Shown: positions 1-8,310 of the stretch, piece by piece
Layout of the letters: the number at the start of each line of letters is the position of its first letter
Numbering within the stretch: position 1 is the stretch's first letter
Origin: a bacterium
GTDB lineage: Bacteria > Hinthialibacterota > Hinthialibacteria > Hinthialibacterales > Hinthialibacteraceae
Length of the DNA stretch: 23,320 nt
NCBI GenBank assembly: GCA_041946805.1
Contig: JBHGBC010000093.1
Coordinates: 1-23,320, forward strand
Reading direction: 5' to 3'
The notes under the pieces: model-generated
Databases searched by the model: none
The model's input: the letters and a program-made list of their open reading frames with translations, nothing else
What the model was told of the DNA's origin: nothing
Translations under genes and position numbers: made by a program

Positions 1-35
1 AAAAGTGAAAATGCAACGGATATGTTCTATATATT

Positions 36-92
36 GTGGTGCAGGCATCCTGCCTGCAATCCTATTTCGTGCAGACAAAATGTCTGCACCAC
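36..92. repeat. REPIN-like inverted doublet of GTGG-type REP palindromes
   Basis: gtggtGCAGGCAtccTGCCTGCa (36-58) is followed by its diverged inverted partner tGCAGACAaaaTGTCTGCaccac (70-92). Each unit is a hairpin preceded by GTGG. Confidence 0.75.
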
Positions 93-372
93 CATCAGGT
101 GACTTTTTGCCGCTCCGTCTTATAAATCGGGCTCCCTTCCAAAATACTCATTCATGGAATTCCTGGGGAGGATCCCGAATGGCATCTTTGAATGATGACT
201 CTGCTTCCTCCGGGAACGGGACAATACATCATGAAAATCGTACAGGAGGGGAAGGGATATGCATGTTGTGAATCGATTTTCTTTCTGAATATATATGCGA
301 TATCTATTTTTTGGTTCATCCGCGAAGTGCGCACATCCTGAGGCAAAATCGACCCCCTTCTCTCCGGGATGA

Positions 373-398
373 GGGCGGACACCCAGGTCCTCCCCAAC
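373..398 (-). repeat. Degenerate GTAG-type REP hairpin
   Basis: The minus strand reads gttgGGGAGGACctgggtGTCCGCCC, an imperfect palindrome preceded by a GTAG-like tetranucleotide. Confidence 0.5.
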
Positions 399-405
399 AA
401 CAATA

Positions 406-519
406 CCCTCACCCTGGCCCTCTCCTAGAGGGAGTGCGTTATGGGGGGGTTTTCATCGATTCTTTCGAAGCAATTCGATCCGGCGATCTGAAAAAAGTAT
501 GCACTGGCCCGATGAACCG
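406..519 (+). repeat. About 115-bp dispersed repeat, copy 1 (CCCTCACCC REP plus conserved tail)
   Basis: Aligns over its length with the reverse complement of 3706-3825 (ccctcaccctggccc...tatggggggg...tttcatcgat...ccggcgatctgaaaaaagta.gcact.gcc.gatga.ccg). Confidence 0.85.
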
Positions 520-549
520 TATTTATGTTTATGGAAGGAGTACCCCGTA

Positions 550-2232
550 ATGGTTACCAAATTACGGATGTTCATTCTTTACTCCTTGTTTGCCACCCCC
601 ACACTGGCTCAAACCCTGGGAAACAACCTGTTCAAAAATCCGGGAGCGGAAGAAGGACTGCTATGGTGGAATCATATCAGCGTGGTGGTTTTGCAATATC
701 CGCCAGCGCACGAAGGAACCTACAACTTCCAATTTCCCTTTCTGGATCCCGGATACTTGCTTCAACATGTTGAAGTGAGTGACTACGCCGGAAAAATCGA
801 CAGCGGCGGCCTGCAAGCTTTGATGGGGGGATGGTGCTATACGGAGTTTTCCCCCAACGATTTTTGGATCGAGGTTCGCTTCTTCGATAGTGTGGGATTT
901 GAAATCAGCCGCTGGAAGCAGGAAAACATCACTCCCCCGGCGCTGGAATGGGCCGAGCTGAAATTTCAAATCACTTTGCCTCCCCAAACCCGGTCCCTGG
1001 ACGTCTATTTCAGGAAAGACATCAACAAGCAGCCGTATTTATTGGACGACCTTTTTTTCCGTCTCCTTCTACCAGATTCTCCGCTTCCCACGGGCACTCC
1101 GCCCTCCACTCAGCCCACCCCCGTTTTCGATCCGAATCACCCCCTGGGTGACAACCTCCTCAAGAATCCGGGGGCCGAGGAAGAACTGATCTGGTGGAAT
1201 TCTTTAAGCGTGGTTGTTACCGCATATCCCCCTTCCCATACGGGTACGTACAGTTTCGAATTACCCTTTCTTGAACAAGTGAGTTATTTGCTGCAAAATA
1301 TTGATTTAAGTAAATACGCGGATTTGATCGATCAAGGCCTTCTGGACGCCCTGGTGGGCGGCTGGCGGTACACGGAGTATTCCCCTAACGAGTGCTGGAT
1401 TGAAGTCCGCTTCCTTGACCGTTTGGGATTTGAAATCAGCCGCTGGAAACAGGAACACATCTCCACCCCGGCATTGGAATGGGCCGAGCTGAAATATCAA
1501 TTATCATTGCCCCCCCAAACCCGCGGGGTGGCTGTGTACTACCGGAAAGATGTCAACCACCAGGCCTATTCCCTCGATGATCTTTTCTTTCGTCCCCTGC
1601 TGCGGGAATCTTCCCAGCCAACGGCTACTCCACCCCCGTTTTCTTTGCCGACGCCCACGAATACTCCTCCACCCCAGCCGAATACCTCTCCCGGTGTCAC
1701 GTACCACTTCAATGAATCCACTCCAGCGGGAAACCATCTGTTGATATTTCCTCCCGGGCGGCCCGGGGAATACAATTTGGGGGAAGTATTTTTCCGTCCC
1801 CTTAGCATCCCGGCCGGAAGCGAACGCTTCACCGATGGTTTCGGTTTGGTGGTTTCGTTGGATGCTGGAGAAGGCGTGACTCTGTTTGGCCCGCCGTATG
1901 TCATCGAATCGGATTATGCCTTCTTGCGGGTCAACGCCTGGGTCTCCGATGCGAATGTATCCCTGGCGTTGGGGGCGCTCGATGCCGACGCGGCCGATAC
2001 CCTGGCCGGCGCCAACGTCAATGGCTCCATCGGCCTGAATCTGCTGCAAAACGCTGCCCGTTTCGTGAATCATTTTGCGAGTCTGGAAGCATTCTACAAA
2101 AGTGAGCGCCGGGCGATTGTCCCGGTGATTCAAGCTGTCAATCCCAATCCGGAAGGGAACTTATCCGTCCAGTTCGATAATTTGGAAATTTACCGGATAA
2201 CCACCAATGACTTTCCCGTGCCGCCCAAATGA
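550..2232 (+). CDS. Secreted protein with two tandem FBA/galactose-binding-like domains, Pro/Thr linkers and a C-terminal beta-sandwich domain (560 aa)
   Basis: AAGGAG at 535-540 precedes ATG 550. Signal peptide ends ...ATPTLA. There is a duplicated ~150-aa unit, NL(F/L)KNPGAEE...W...LLQ...D...GGW.Y...EVRF.D...W.E......LPPQTR...LDDLFFR, plus PTPT linkers. Confidence 0.85.
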   Translation: MVTKLRMFILYSLFATPTLAQTLGNNLFKNPGAEEGLLWWNHISVVVLQYPPAHEGTYNFQFPFLDPGYLLQHVEVSDYAGKIDSGGLQALMGGWCYTEFSPNDFWIEVRFFDSVGFEISRWKQENITPPALEWAELKFQITLPPQTRSLDVYFRKDINKQPYLLDDLFFRLLLPDSPLPTGTPPSTQPTPVFDPNHPLGDNLLKNPGAEEELIWWNSLSVVVTAYPPSHTGTYSFELPFLEQVSYLLQNIDLSKYADLIDQGLLDALVGGWRYTEYSPNECWIEVRFLDRLGFEISRWKQEHISTPALEWAELKYQLSLPPQTRGVAVYYRKDVNHQAYSLDDLFFRPLLRESSQPTATPPPFSLPTPTNTPPPQPNTSPGVTYHFNESTPAGNHLLIFPPGRPGEYNLGEVFFRPLSIPAGSERFTDGFGLVVSLDAGEGVTLFGPPYVIESDYAFLRVNAWVSDANVSLALGALDADAADTLAGANVNGSIGLNLLQNAARFVNHFASLEAFYKSERRAIVPVIQAVNPNPEGNLSVQFDNLEIYRITTNDFPVPPK

Positions 2233-2539
2233 AGCCCGATCCTGGAATGGTCATCCCTCCCTGCTGACAACACTTTGCATACCGTGACTCCCCCCCTGGC
2301 GGATGAACCCGCCACGGCATCCCCTTCCCCTTTTCTGGATCTCGAGGTAGAGATCATATAGGCGAAACCGATCAAGGACCGTGGGCCGGCACTGCCTATT
2401 TTCCAAGCCGCCGATGGATTCTCCGGCAGAAGATCTCCCGCTGGCGTGAGACGAGTGGCGCGGCGGGAAAAATGGCCTCGTTTTGCGTACTCGGAATTCC
2501 GGCTTACAGGTCTTCGCGAACGTGTGTGAAAGCGTACCC

Positions 2540-3661
2540 ATGAACCTGTCCCTTTACCGTGACGAATTCGAGCCGCCCCGGCCGGGTTTTGTGTATCTCA
2601 ACCATGCCGGCGTTTCGCCGCTTCCCCGGCGATGTTCTGAAGCCCTGCATCAAATGGTGGAAGACAACCGGGCCCTTTCACCGGAGAGTTACAGCCGCGC
2701 CATGGCCAGGCTCAAGGACTGCCGGGAAGCGGTGGCGCGCATGCTCAACGTGACGCCGGATGAAGTCGCCCTCTCGCGCAACACCACCGAGGGTCTCAAC
2801 TGGGTCGCCAACGGCCTGCCGTGGCGGCCGGGCGACCGGGTGGTGTCGATCAACCGCGAATACCCGGCCAACATCTATCCCTGGATGCGCCTAATGAGCC
2901 GGGGAGTGGAATTGCACCTCATCGAGCCCGTGGAGGAGCGGGTGAGTTTGGAGGCCCTTGCGCAAGCCCTGACGCCCACCACGCGCCTCGTGACCCTCAG
3001 CTTCGTGGAATTCGCCAGCGGATTCCGTTTCGACCTGGAGGCGGTGGGAAGCCTGTGCCGCGAGCGGGGCGTGCTTTTCCTGGTGGACTTGATCCAGGGC
3101 ATGGGAGTGTTCCCTCTCGATTTGTGGCGCTGGAAAGTGGATTTCGCGGCGGGCGGCGGGCAGAAATGGCTGCTGGGGCCGCAAGGCGCGGGATTCTTCT
3201 ATTGCGCGCGGGAACGCCTGGAGACGCTGGAAGTGTCCTGCGCGGGAGCGTCCAGCGTGGCACGCTGGACGCCCTATACAGAATACAATTACACGCTCCC
3301 CGGGCACGCGAAGCGGTTCGAATACGGCACGCCCGCAACCCTGCCGTTGGCGGGGATGGGAGTGTCGGTGAATCTGCTGCTCGAGGCGGGCCTTGAAAAC
3401 GTGCGGGATCGCGTGCGCCTGCTGACCGATATTTTGGTGGACGGCCTGACACGCAAGGGATACCGCTGCCACTCACCCCGGGGCGAAGGCGAGTGGTCCG
3501 GGATCGTTTGCTTCACCCATCCCACGCGGCCGTCCGCGTCCGTGGTGAACGAGTTGCTGGGACGCGACATCTGGGCGGTGGAGCGGGAGGGCCGCATCCG
3601 CCTCACTCCGCATTTCTATCAAACCGAGGAGGAGATGAAGCGGGTGGTGGAAAACATGTGA
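2540..3661 (+). CDS. PLP-dependent aminotransferase class V (cysteine desulfurase/cystine lyase-like, 373 aa)
   Basis: Motifs YLNHAGVSP, NTTEGLN, VDLIQ, GGQKWLLGPQGAG (Schiff-base Lys), RFEYGT and RLTPHFYQ. Start placed at ATG 2540. Confidence 0.93.
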   Translation: MNLSLYRDEFEPPRPGFVYLNHAGVSPLPRRCSEALHQMVEDNRALSPESYSRAMARLKDCREAVARMLNVTPDEVALSRNTTEGLNWVANGLPWRPGDRVVSINREYPANIYPWMRLMSRGVELHLIEPVEERVSLEALAQALTPTTRLVTLSFVEFASGFRFDLEAVGSLCRERGVLFLVDLIQGMGVFPLDLWRWKVDFAAGGGQKWLLGPQGAGFFYCARERLETLEVSCAGASSVARWTPYTEYNYTLPGHAKRFEYGTPATLPLAGMGVSVNLLLEAGLENVRDRVRLLTDILVDGLTRKGYRCHSPRGEGEWSGIVCFTHPTRPSASVVNELLGRDIWAVEREGRIRLTPHFYQTEEEMKRVVENM

Positions 3662-3705
3662 AGGGACTGGCTTAGAAATGACGAAGCGGCAAAAAGTCAT
3701 TTTAT

Positions 3706-3825
3706 CGGCTCATCCGGCTAGTGCGTACTTTTTTTCAGATCGCCGGTTCGCATCTCTCCAAAGGGATCGATGAAAACCAACCCCCCCATATGCCCTCTCT
3801 CTCTGGCAGTGGGCCAGGGTGAGGG
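3706..3825 (-). repeat. About 115-bp dispersed repeat, copy 2 (inverted relative to 406-519)
   Basis: The reverse complement matches 406-519 with scattered substitutions and small indels. Confidence 0.85.
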
Positions 3826-3829
3826 TCGT

Positions 3830-3904
3830 TCGGAAAGAGCGTAAAGCAATAATTCCCTCTCCCTCTGGCAGAGGGCCAGGGTGAGGGAAAGCCCTGAAAG
3901 AGCG
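3830..3904 (-). repeat. CCCTCACCC-type REP with flanks related to the 12174/14511 elements
   Basis: The minus strand reads cgctctttcagggctttCCCTCACCCTGGCCCTCTgccAGAGGGAGAGGGaattattgcttt...tctttcc. It lies in tandem with the REP in 3793-3825. Confidence 0.8.
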
Positions 3905-3963
3905 AAAAAACGGCTCTCCGCGCAATCGGTTCCATCTTGGTATTTTTACTCAATAGAACCTCG

Positions 3964-4030
3964 CCCAGGGCTTTAGCCTTGGGAGGATAATTGGCGCTGG
4001 GTACACCCCTCTCCCTCTGGGAGAGAGAGA
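3964..4030. repeat. CCCAGGGCT..GCCCTGGG-type hairpin plus a partial CCCTCTCCC/GGGAGAG hairpin
   Basis: cccagggctttagccttggg (3964-3983) matches the hairpins at 12287-12306 and 14620-14639. cccctctccctctgggagagagag follows at about 4006-4029. Confidence 0.6.
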
Positions 4031-4242
4031 CGAAAAGGGAGGTTGCGGATTTGAGGGATTACGTGCTGACACGCTAATCCATCCACTTATACTTGTGAGT
4101 TAAGATCACCCCAGGGAGTGAGGGAATTGATTACTTTTCTCTACCCTGGAGGAAGAGGGGATATAGGGAGTGGTTCTTTCCGGTCTGATCTATTGGCAAC
4201 GAATCTCCCTTATGGAAAATGTGCACACACATCGGATGCGCC

Positions 4243-4271
4243 AAAAAAAAGGCCAGGGGCAGGCCTGGCCT
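4243..4271 (-). terminator. Rho-independent terminator of the coiled-coil gene
   Basis: The minus strand reads AGGCCAGG-cctgcc-CCTGGCCT followed by a T tract, 27 bp after the stop at 4299. Confidence 0.75.
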
Positions 4272-4298
4272 CTCCATCAATAACCTCAGACAGGCAGG

Positions 4299-6071
4299 TT
4301 ATGGACTCGCTTCTTGCGTGGCGGGGACCGGCGCCATGCCGATCGGTTCCGCTCCGGCCGGAGTCAATTGAGCGGCCAGGCTGGAGATTTCCTTCTGGAT
4401 GGCCTCCACCTGGTCTTGGGTGGCTTGAATGGATTTGGCCATATCATCCAGGATGGTTTGAAACGCCGCGCGCGCCTCTTCCGATTCGGGATTTTCCATC
4501 CACGCCGCGGCTTGGCTCCGGGCCGCCTCGATTCCGGTTTTCAGGGCGCCATGCAGGGTTTGGATCTCCCCGCTCAGCGTTTGCAGGCCTTTGATCGTGT
4601 TACTGTATTCCTCCCGTTCCGTTCCCTCCGTCACGGATTGCGCGGCCAGGGTTTCCTGCACCGTGTTCAATTGTTTCGCGAGATCTCCATGGATCCCCTC
4701 CACCCGTTGCCCCAAGTCTCCGAGCTGATTCCGGGCGCTCTCCATGGCCAGCCGCGTCTGGGTCTGAATTTCCAAGGCGGCGGCGAAGTCCTGATCCCGC
4801 CGGGATTCGGTGCTGATCCATTGTTGAATCATTTCCCGGGACGAAGCGGCCAGGGACCGCGTGTCGGCTACGGCGTCCGCCAAGCCGGCGAGTGACTGGC
4901 TCAGGGATTCCATCCCCGCGGCCAGGGTTTCCCGGTTGGGCTCCGCCGGTTGCGCCGGGATTTGTTTCAGGGCGGCCAATTCGAGCCACAGATCTTCCGT
5001 ACGTCCGCTAAGCGCATACTCCATTTCCCGGATATCGTTCCGGAGGATTTCCACGGACTCCTTCCCGCCCGCGAAACCGAACTGAGTATCATCCGCCAAC
5101 GCTTGGATCTGCCCGTCGATCCGCGTTTGCCAATCAGTCAGGAATGTCTTTTGATCCATCTGGCCGGCGTGCAAGGTATCCATCAACGCGTCCACCTGGT
5201 TGCCCAACGCGGTTTCCACGCCTTGGGTATCGATCCGCTGGCTTTCCGCGTATCCGTCCAGAATTCCCGTGATCTGCGCCAGACCCTCGTGGGCGAGCGT
5301 TTCCAACATCGTCCGGCCGCTTTGCGTATCCGTGGAGATTCCCGCCAGCTGGGTCTCGATATTGTCGAGGCTGCGCCGCGAATCTTCCCGCAAGGCGGTC
5401 AGTTGCGTGTTCAGGGTTTTCGCCTGTTCGTCCAGACGGCTGCTGAGGGCCAGGTTCGCCTGCTGGCTCCACTCGCTCATCGAGGTGAGGCCCGCCATGA
5501 AATCCTGGCTGAGCTGCTGCACGCCGGCCCGCAGGTCCTGGCCGTTTTGTTCCACCCGCCGGGCCAGCGCCGCCAGCTGTTGGTCCACCGCCTGGACCTG
5601 GTCCTTGGCCTGCACAGCGGCCTCGCGGGTCGCCGCGGTGTCCTGCGCCAGGGTGGCGGCCAGCGTCTGGAGGGCGTCCTTCTGATTTTGGTCCTGCGCT
5701 TCGATCGCCTGAGTCAGTTCGGAGGTTTGCCGGGTGAACGCCTGGACGGATTGGGTCACCAGGGCCGACATATCCGTCAGGGTGGTGGAGAATTTCTGGG
5801 CGAACTCGGCGCTTTCCGCCCGGTTGCCCAAAATATCCTTGCGCGCGTTTTGAATGGCTTGCAGCGTGTTTTCGGTTTGCTTGGATACATCACCGGTCTG
5901 GGACAACACCCGGCTTTCCAGCGAGGTCAACCGCGCGTCGATGTAATACGCGACGCCGCCAAATCCGATCAGCATCACCCAGAGGATCCCCCAGCCGGTT
6001 CCACGGGAGGAACCCTTGTTGCGGATATCCTCCCCGGGATTTTCTTGCAGGTTGGTGTTCGACTCATCCAT
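4299..6071 (-). CDS. Single-pass membrane-anchored long coiled-coil (apolipoprotein-like) hypothetical protein (590 aa)
   Basis: AAGGAGAG precedes ATG 6071 (MDESN...). One TM segment (WGILWVMLIGFGGVAYYI) is followed by about 500 aa of A/Q/E/L-rich heptads, and a terminator lies downstream. Confidence 0.8.
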   Translation of the reverse strand: MDESNTNLQENPGEDIRNKGSSRGTGWGILWVMLIGFGGVAYYIDARLTSLESRVLSQTGDVSKQTENTLQAIQNARKDILGNRAESAEFAQKFSTTLTDMSALVTQSVQAFTRQTSELTQAIEAQDQNQKDALQTLAATLAQDTAATREAAVQAKDQVQAVDQQLAALARRVEQNGQDLRAGVQQLSQDFMAGLTSMSEWSQQANLALSSRLDEQAKTLNTQLTALREDSRRSLDNIETQLAGISTDTQSGRTMLETLAHEGLAQITGILDGYAESQRIDTQGVETALGNQVDALMDTLHAGQMDQKTFLTDWQTRIDGQIQALADDTQFGFAGGKESVEILRNDIREMEYALSGRTEDLWLELAALKQIPAQPAEPNRETLAAGMESLSQSLAGLADAVADTRSLAASSREMIQQWISTESRRDQDFAAALEIQTQTRLAMESARNQLGDLGQRVEGIHGDLAKQLNTVQETLAAQSVTEGTEREEYSNTIKGLQTLSGEIQTLHGALKTGIEAARSQAAAWMENPESEEARAAFQTILDDMAKSIQATQDQVEAIQKEISSLAAQLTPAGAEPIGMAPVPATQEASP

Positions 6072-6699
6072 CGTTCCACTCTCCTTGCCTTCGTTTGGAA
6101 TGGATCCACCCGCCGGTCCTTGGCCAGGCAAAATGGAGGACAAGGACCGGCGGCTCGATGAACCGATGGAAATCCGAGGTCAACCAGACAAAAATCCCTT
6201 CACACAAACCATCCAATCGGTTCGGCTTCGGTACGGACGCGGTCCGCCGGGGTTCATGCTGGATGGCCAGGAATGCGGCGCCCCGCCGGAATCCGTCCGC
6301 CCGCTTGAAAATCGCGGGATTTCATACCATTGGATGACATGTTGGGGATGAGGGAAGTGAAAACACAGAAACGCAGGAAAATTCAGGGTTTTGTCCACCC
6401 GGACCCGCCATCGCGGCATTCCCACGCTTCGCGGACGGTTCCGTCAAGTCCAAGATCCCTCAACCAACTGCATTTGTATATGGCTATATTGCACTGAATC
6501 TAACTTTTTGTCAATCCATTTTTTGGGATTTTTAGGAAAAGGGGCTTGGTTCCATATAGGGAATGAAATGGGGTTCATCCGGGAAGTGCGTACATCATGA
6601 AGTAAAATCGATCCACTTCACTCCGGGATGATGGCATGGAAGGGACACCTTTTCCCCAGTTCGGTACACACTCCCCGGTTAATCCAAATTTTTTATATG

Positions 6700-6729
6700 T
6701 TGACAAAATAATCATCATCTTGATATAGT
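6700..6729 (+). promoter_or_regulatory. Sigma70-type promoter for the bEBP gene
   Basis: TTGACA (6700-6705), 18-bp spacer, TATAGT (6724-6729) with an extended -10 TG at 6721-6722 and AT-rich upstream sequence. Confidence 0.65.
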
Positions 6730-6823
6730 ATAAATAAAGATATTTGATCGTAAATTATGGGGTAATAATGAGTTCCGCCCCGAGAGCCACTTTGGGGGGA
6801 TCCGGTCCCGGGCGCGCACGGCC

Positions 6824-8044
6824 ATGAAACGCCAACGAATCCACGGAGAACCACTTCGGCTCGTGGGAACCAGCCGCGCGATGGTGGATGTCCGTGACCG
6901 AATCAATCAAATTTCCCAACTGGCCGAGAGTCACCTCACGGTTCTGGTCACGGGAGAGACAGGCACCGGCAAGGACCTGGTGGCGCGGCTCATCCACCAA
7001 ACATCCGTGGGGGCGGAAGGCGGGGCGTTTGTTCTGGTCAATTGCTCCGCCGTGGCGCGAGGATTGGTGGAGAGGGAACTGTTTGGTCATATCCAAGGCG
7101 CCTTCACGGGAGCGGAAAAATCCCGCAAAGGCTTCTTTCACCAAGCCCGCCGGGGGACGCTGTTTTTGAATGAAATCGGGCATACGTCTAAAGCCTTCCA
7201 GGCGAAATTGCTTTCCGTGTTGGAGGAAAACATGTTTTACCGGGTAGGTTCACCGCATGCGGAAGCAACCGACATCAAGCGCTTTGTGTTCGCCACCAAC
7301 CAGAACCTGGAACGGCTGGCCGCGGAAGGCCGCTTCCGCGAGGATTTGTACTACCGTATCGCTCAACACGAAATCCACCTTCCTCCCCTCCGCGAACGGG
7401 TTGAGGATATCCCCGTGCTGATTGATTATTTTACCGATTCTTCATCTCGTGGATCCAGTTTGAAATTCACCAGGGAAGCCCTGCGAGTGTTGTGTGAATA
7501 TCCCTGGCCGGGAAACGTGCGCGAACTGAAAACCGTCGTGAACCGATGTTTTATGCAAGATTTTTCTGGAGAAATCGATGCTGGAGATTTGATTCGTGTC
7601 TACTCCCGGTTCTCATTTGCTTCGGTTAAACCCGGTTGCCGAACGCGAGGGGAGGAAGACCCCCCCGTTCCCTGCTGGCAGCCGCTTGAAACACTCCCCG
7701 CGCCGGATTTTGTCGAAAAGATCAAGAATTGTTGGTCATGTGACCGGTTCCAGTTCCAACGGCAACGACTGTTGAAGGAAGCGGCGGGTGACAACATCGC
7801 ATCCTTTGTGCTGCGCAACATGCCGAAATTGCTGGAACAGCATCCCGGGGTTATCGAGTTGAAAAGCGTGAATCCCGGGCAAATCACATTGGAAGAAATC
7901 AAGGAAAAAGCGGAGAAACAGTATTTGCAATGGCTGCTACGAAAACCTGGCATGGACCGGGGAAAGTTGGCAACAGAACTCCGGTGCACGCGGCGTCACG
8001 TCAACCGGTTGCTCAAAAAACATGGCTTGATGGAAACCGATTGA
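6824..8044 (+). CDS. Sigma54-dependent enhancer-binding protein (AAA+ plus Fis-like HTH) with no N-terminal sensor domain
   Basis: Walker A GETGTGKD, ELFGH..GAFTGA, variant Walker B TLFLNEI, GRFREDLYYRI, WPGNVREL and C-terminal HTH RGKLATELRCTRRHVNRLLKKHGL. Confidence 0.93.
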   Translation: MKRQRIHGEPLRLVGTSRAMVDVRDRINQISQLAESHLTVLVTGETGTGKDLVARLIHQTSVGAEGGAFVLVNCSAVARGLVERELFGHIQGAFTGAEKSRKGFFHQARRGTLFLNEIGHTSKAFQAKLLSVLEENMFYRVGSPHAEATDIKRFVFATNQNLERLAAEGRFREDLYYRIAQHEIHLPPLRERVEDIPVLIDYFTDSSSRGSSLKFTREALRVLCEYPWPGNVRELKTVVNRCFMQDFSGEIDAGDLIRVYSRFSFASVKPGCRTRGEEDPPVPCWQPLETLPAPDFVEKIKNCWSCDRFQFQRQRLLKEAAGDNIASFVLRNMPKLLEQHPGVIELKSVNPGQITLEEIKEKAEKQYLQWLLRKPGMDRGKLATELRCTRRHVNRLLKKHGLMETD

Positions 8045-8050
8045 TCGAAA

Positions 8051-8162
8051 GACATTGAATGTCCCGCACGGGACATAAAATGTCCCCGGGATTATCCATT
8101 GATTTTCTTTGATTTAAAGAAAAGAAAGCCATTATGCATGGATTCAGGGGACATGTGATGTC
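8051..8162. promoter_or_regulatory. Three palindromic GACAT-N3-ATGTC boxes (putative bEBP upstream activator sequences)
   Basis: GACATtgaATGTC 8051-8063, GACATaaaATGTC 8072-8084 (21-bp period) and GACATgtgATGTC 8150-8162, all upstream of a -24/-12 element. Confidence 0.75.
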
Positions 8163-8239
8163 TTAAGTTCTGAAGGTTGAAATTGTTGGATTATTATGTT
8201 AGTTCATTATTTTCAGAGAGTTATTGAATTTTGGAATTA

Positions 8240-8255
8240 TGGTATTGGAATTGCG
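8240..8255 (+). promoter_or_regulatory. Sigma54 (-24/-12) promoter
   Basis: TGGTATTGGAATTGCG has GG at 8241-8242, N10, then GC at 8253-8254. It resembles TGGCACG-N4-TTGC and lies about 55 bp before ATG 8311. Confidence 0.7.
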
Positions 8256-8310
8256 TATAAAAAAATAACTTGAGTCATGTTACAGAAATAATATTCTGGG
8301 GGTACATTCA

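Noticed and set aside
5..412. Short ORFs at the window start (5-271 and 152-412)
   Set aside because: They run through REP elements and lack an RBS and recognisable motifs.
3706..4030. Clustered repeats as a possible CRISPR array
   Set aside because: Only two or three degenerate REP units with irregular spacing, the same unit is dispersed window-wide, and there are no cas genes.
4299..6071. Methyl-accepting chemotaxis protein, SMC or tape-measure call
   Set aside because: No MCP hairpin motif, no Walker motifs and no phage tail context.
4950..6161. 403-aa plus-strand ORF
   Set aside because: Antisense shadow of the GC-rich coiled-coil gene, which has the RBS, TM segment and terminator. No recognisable motifs.
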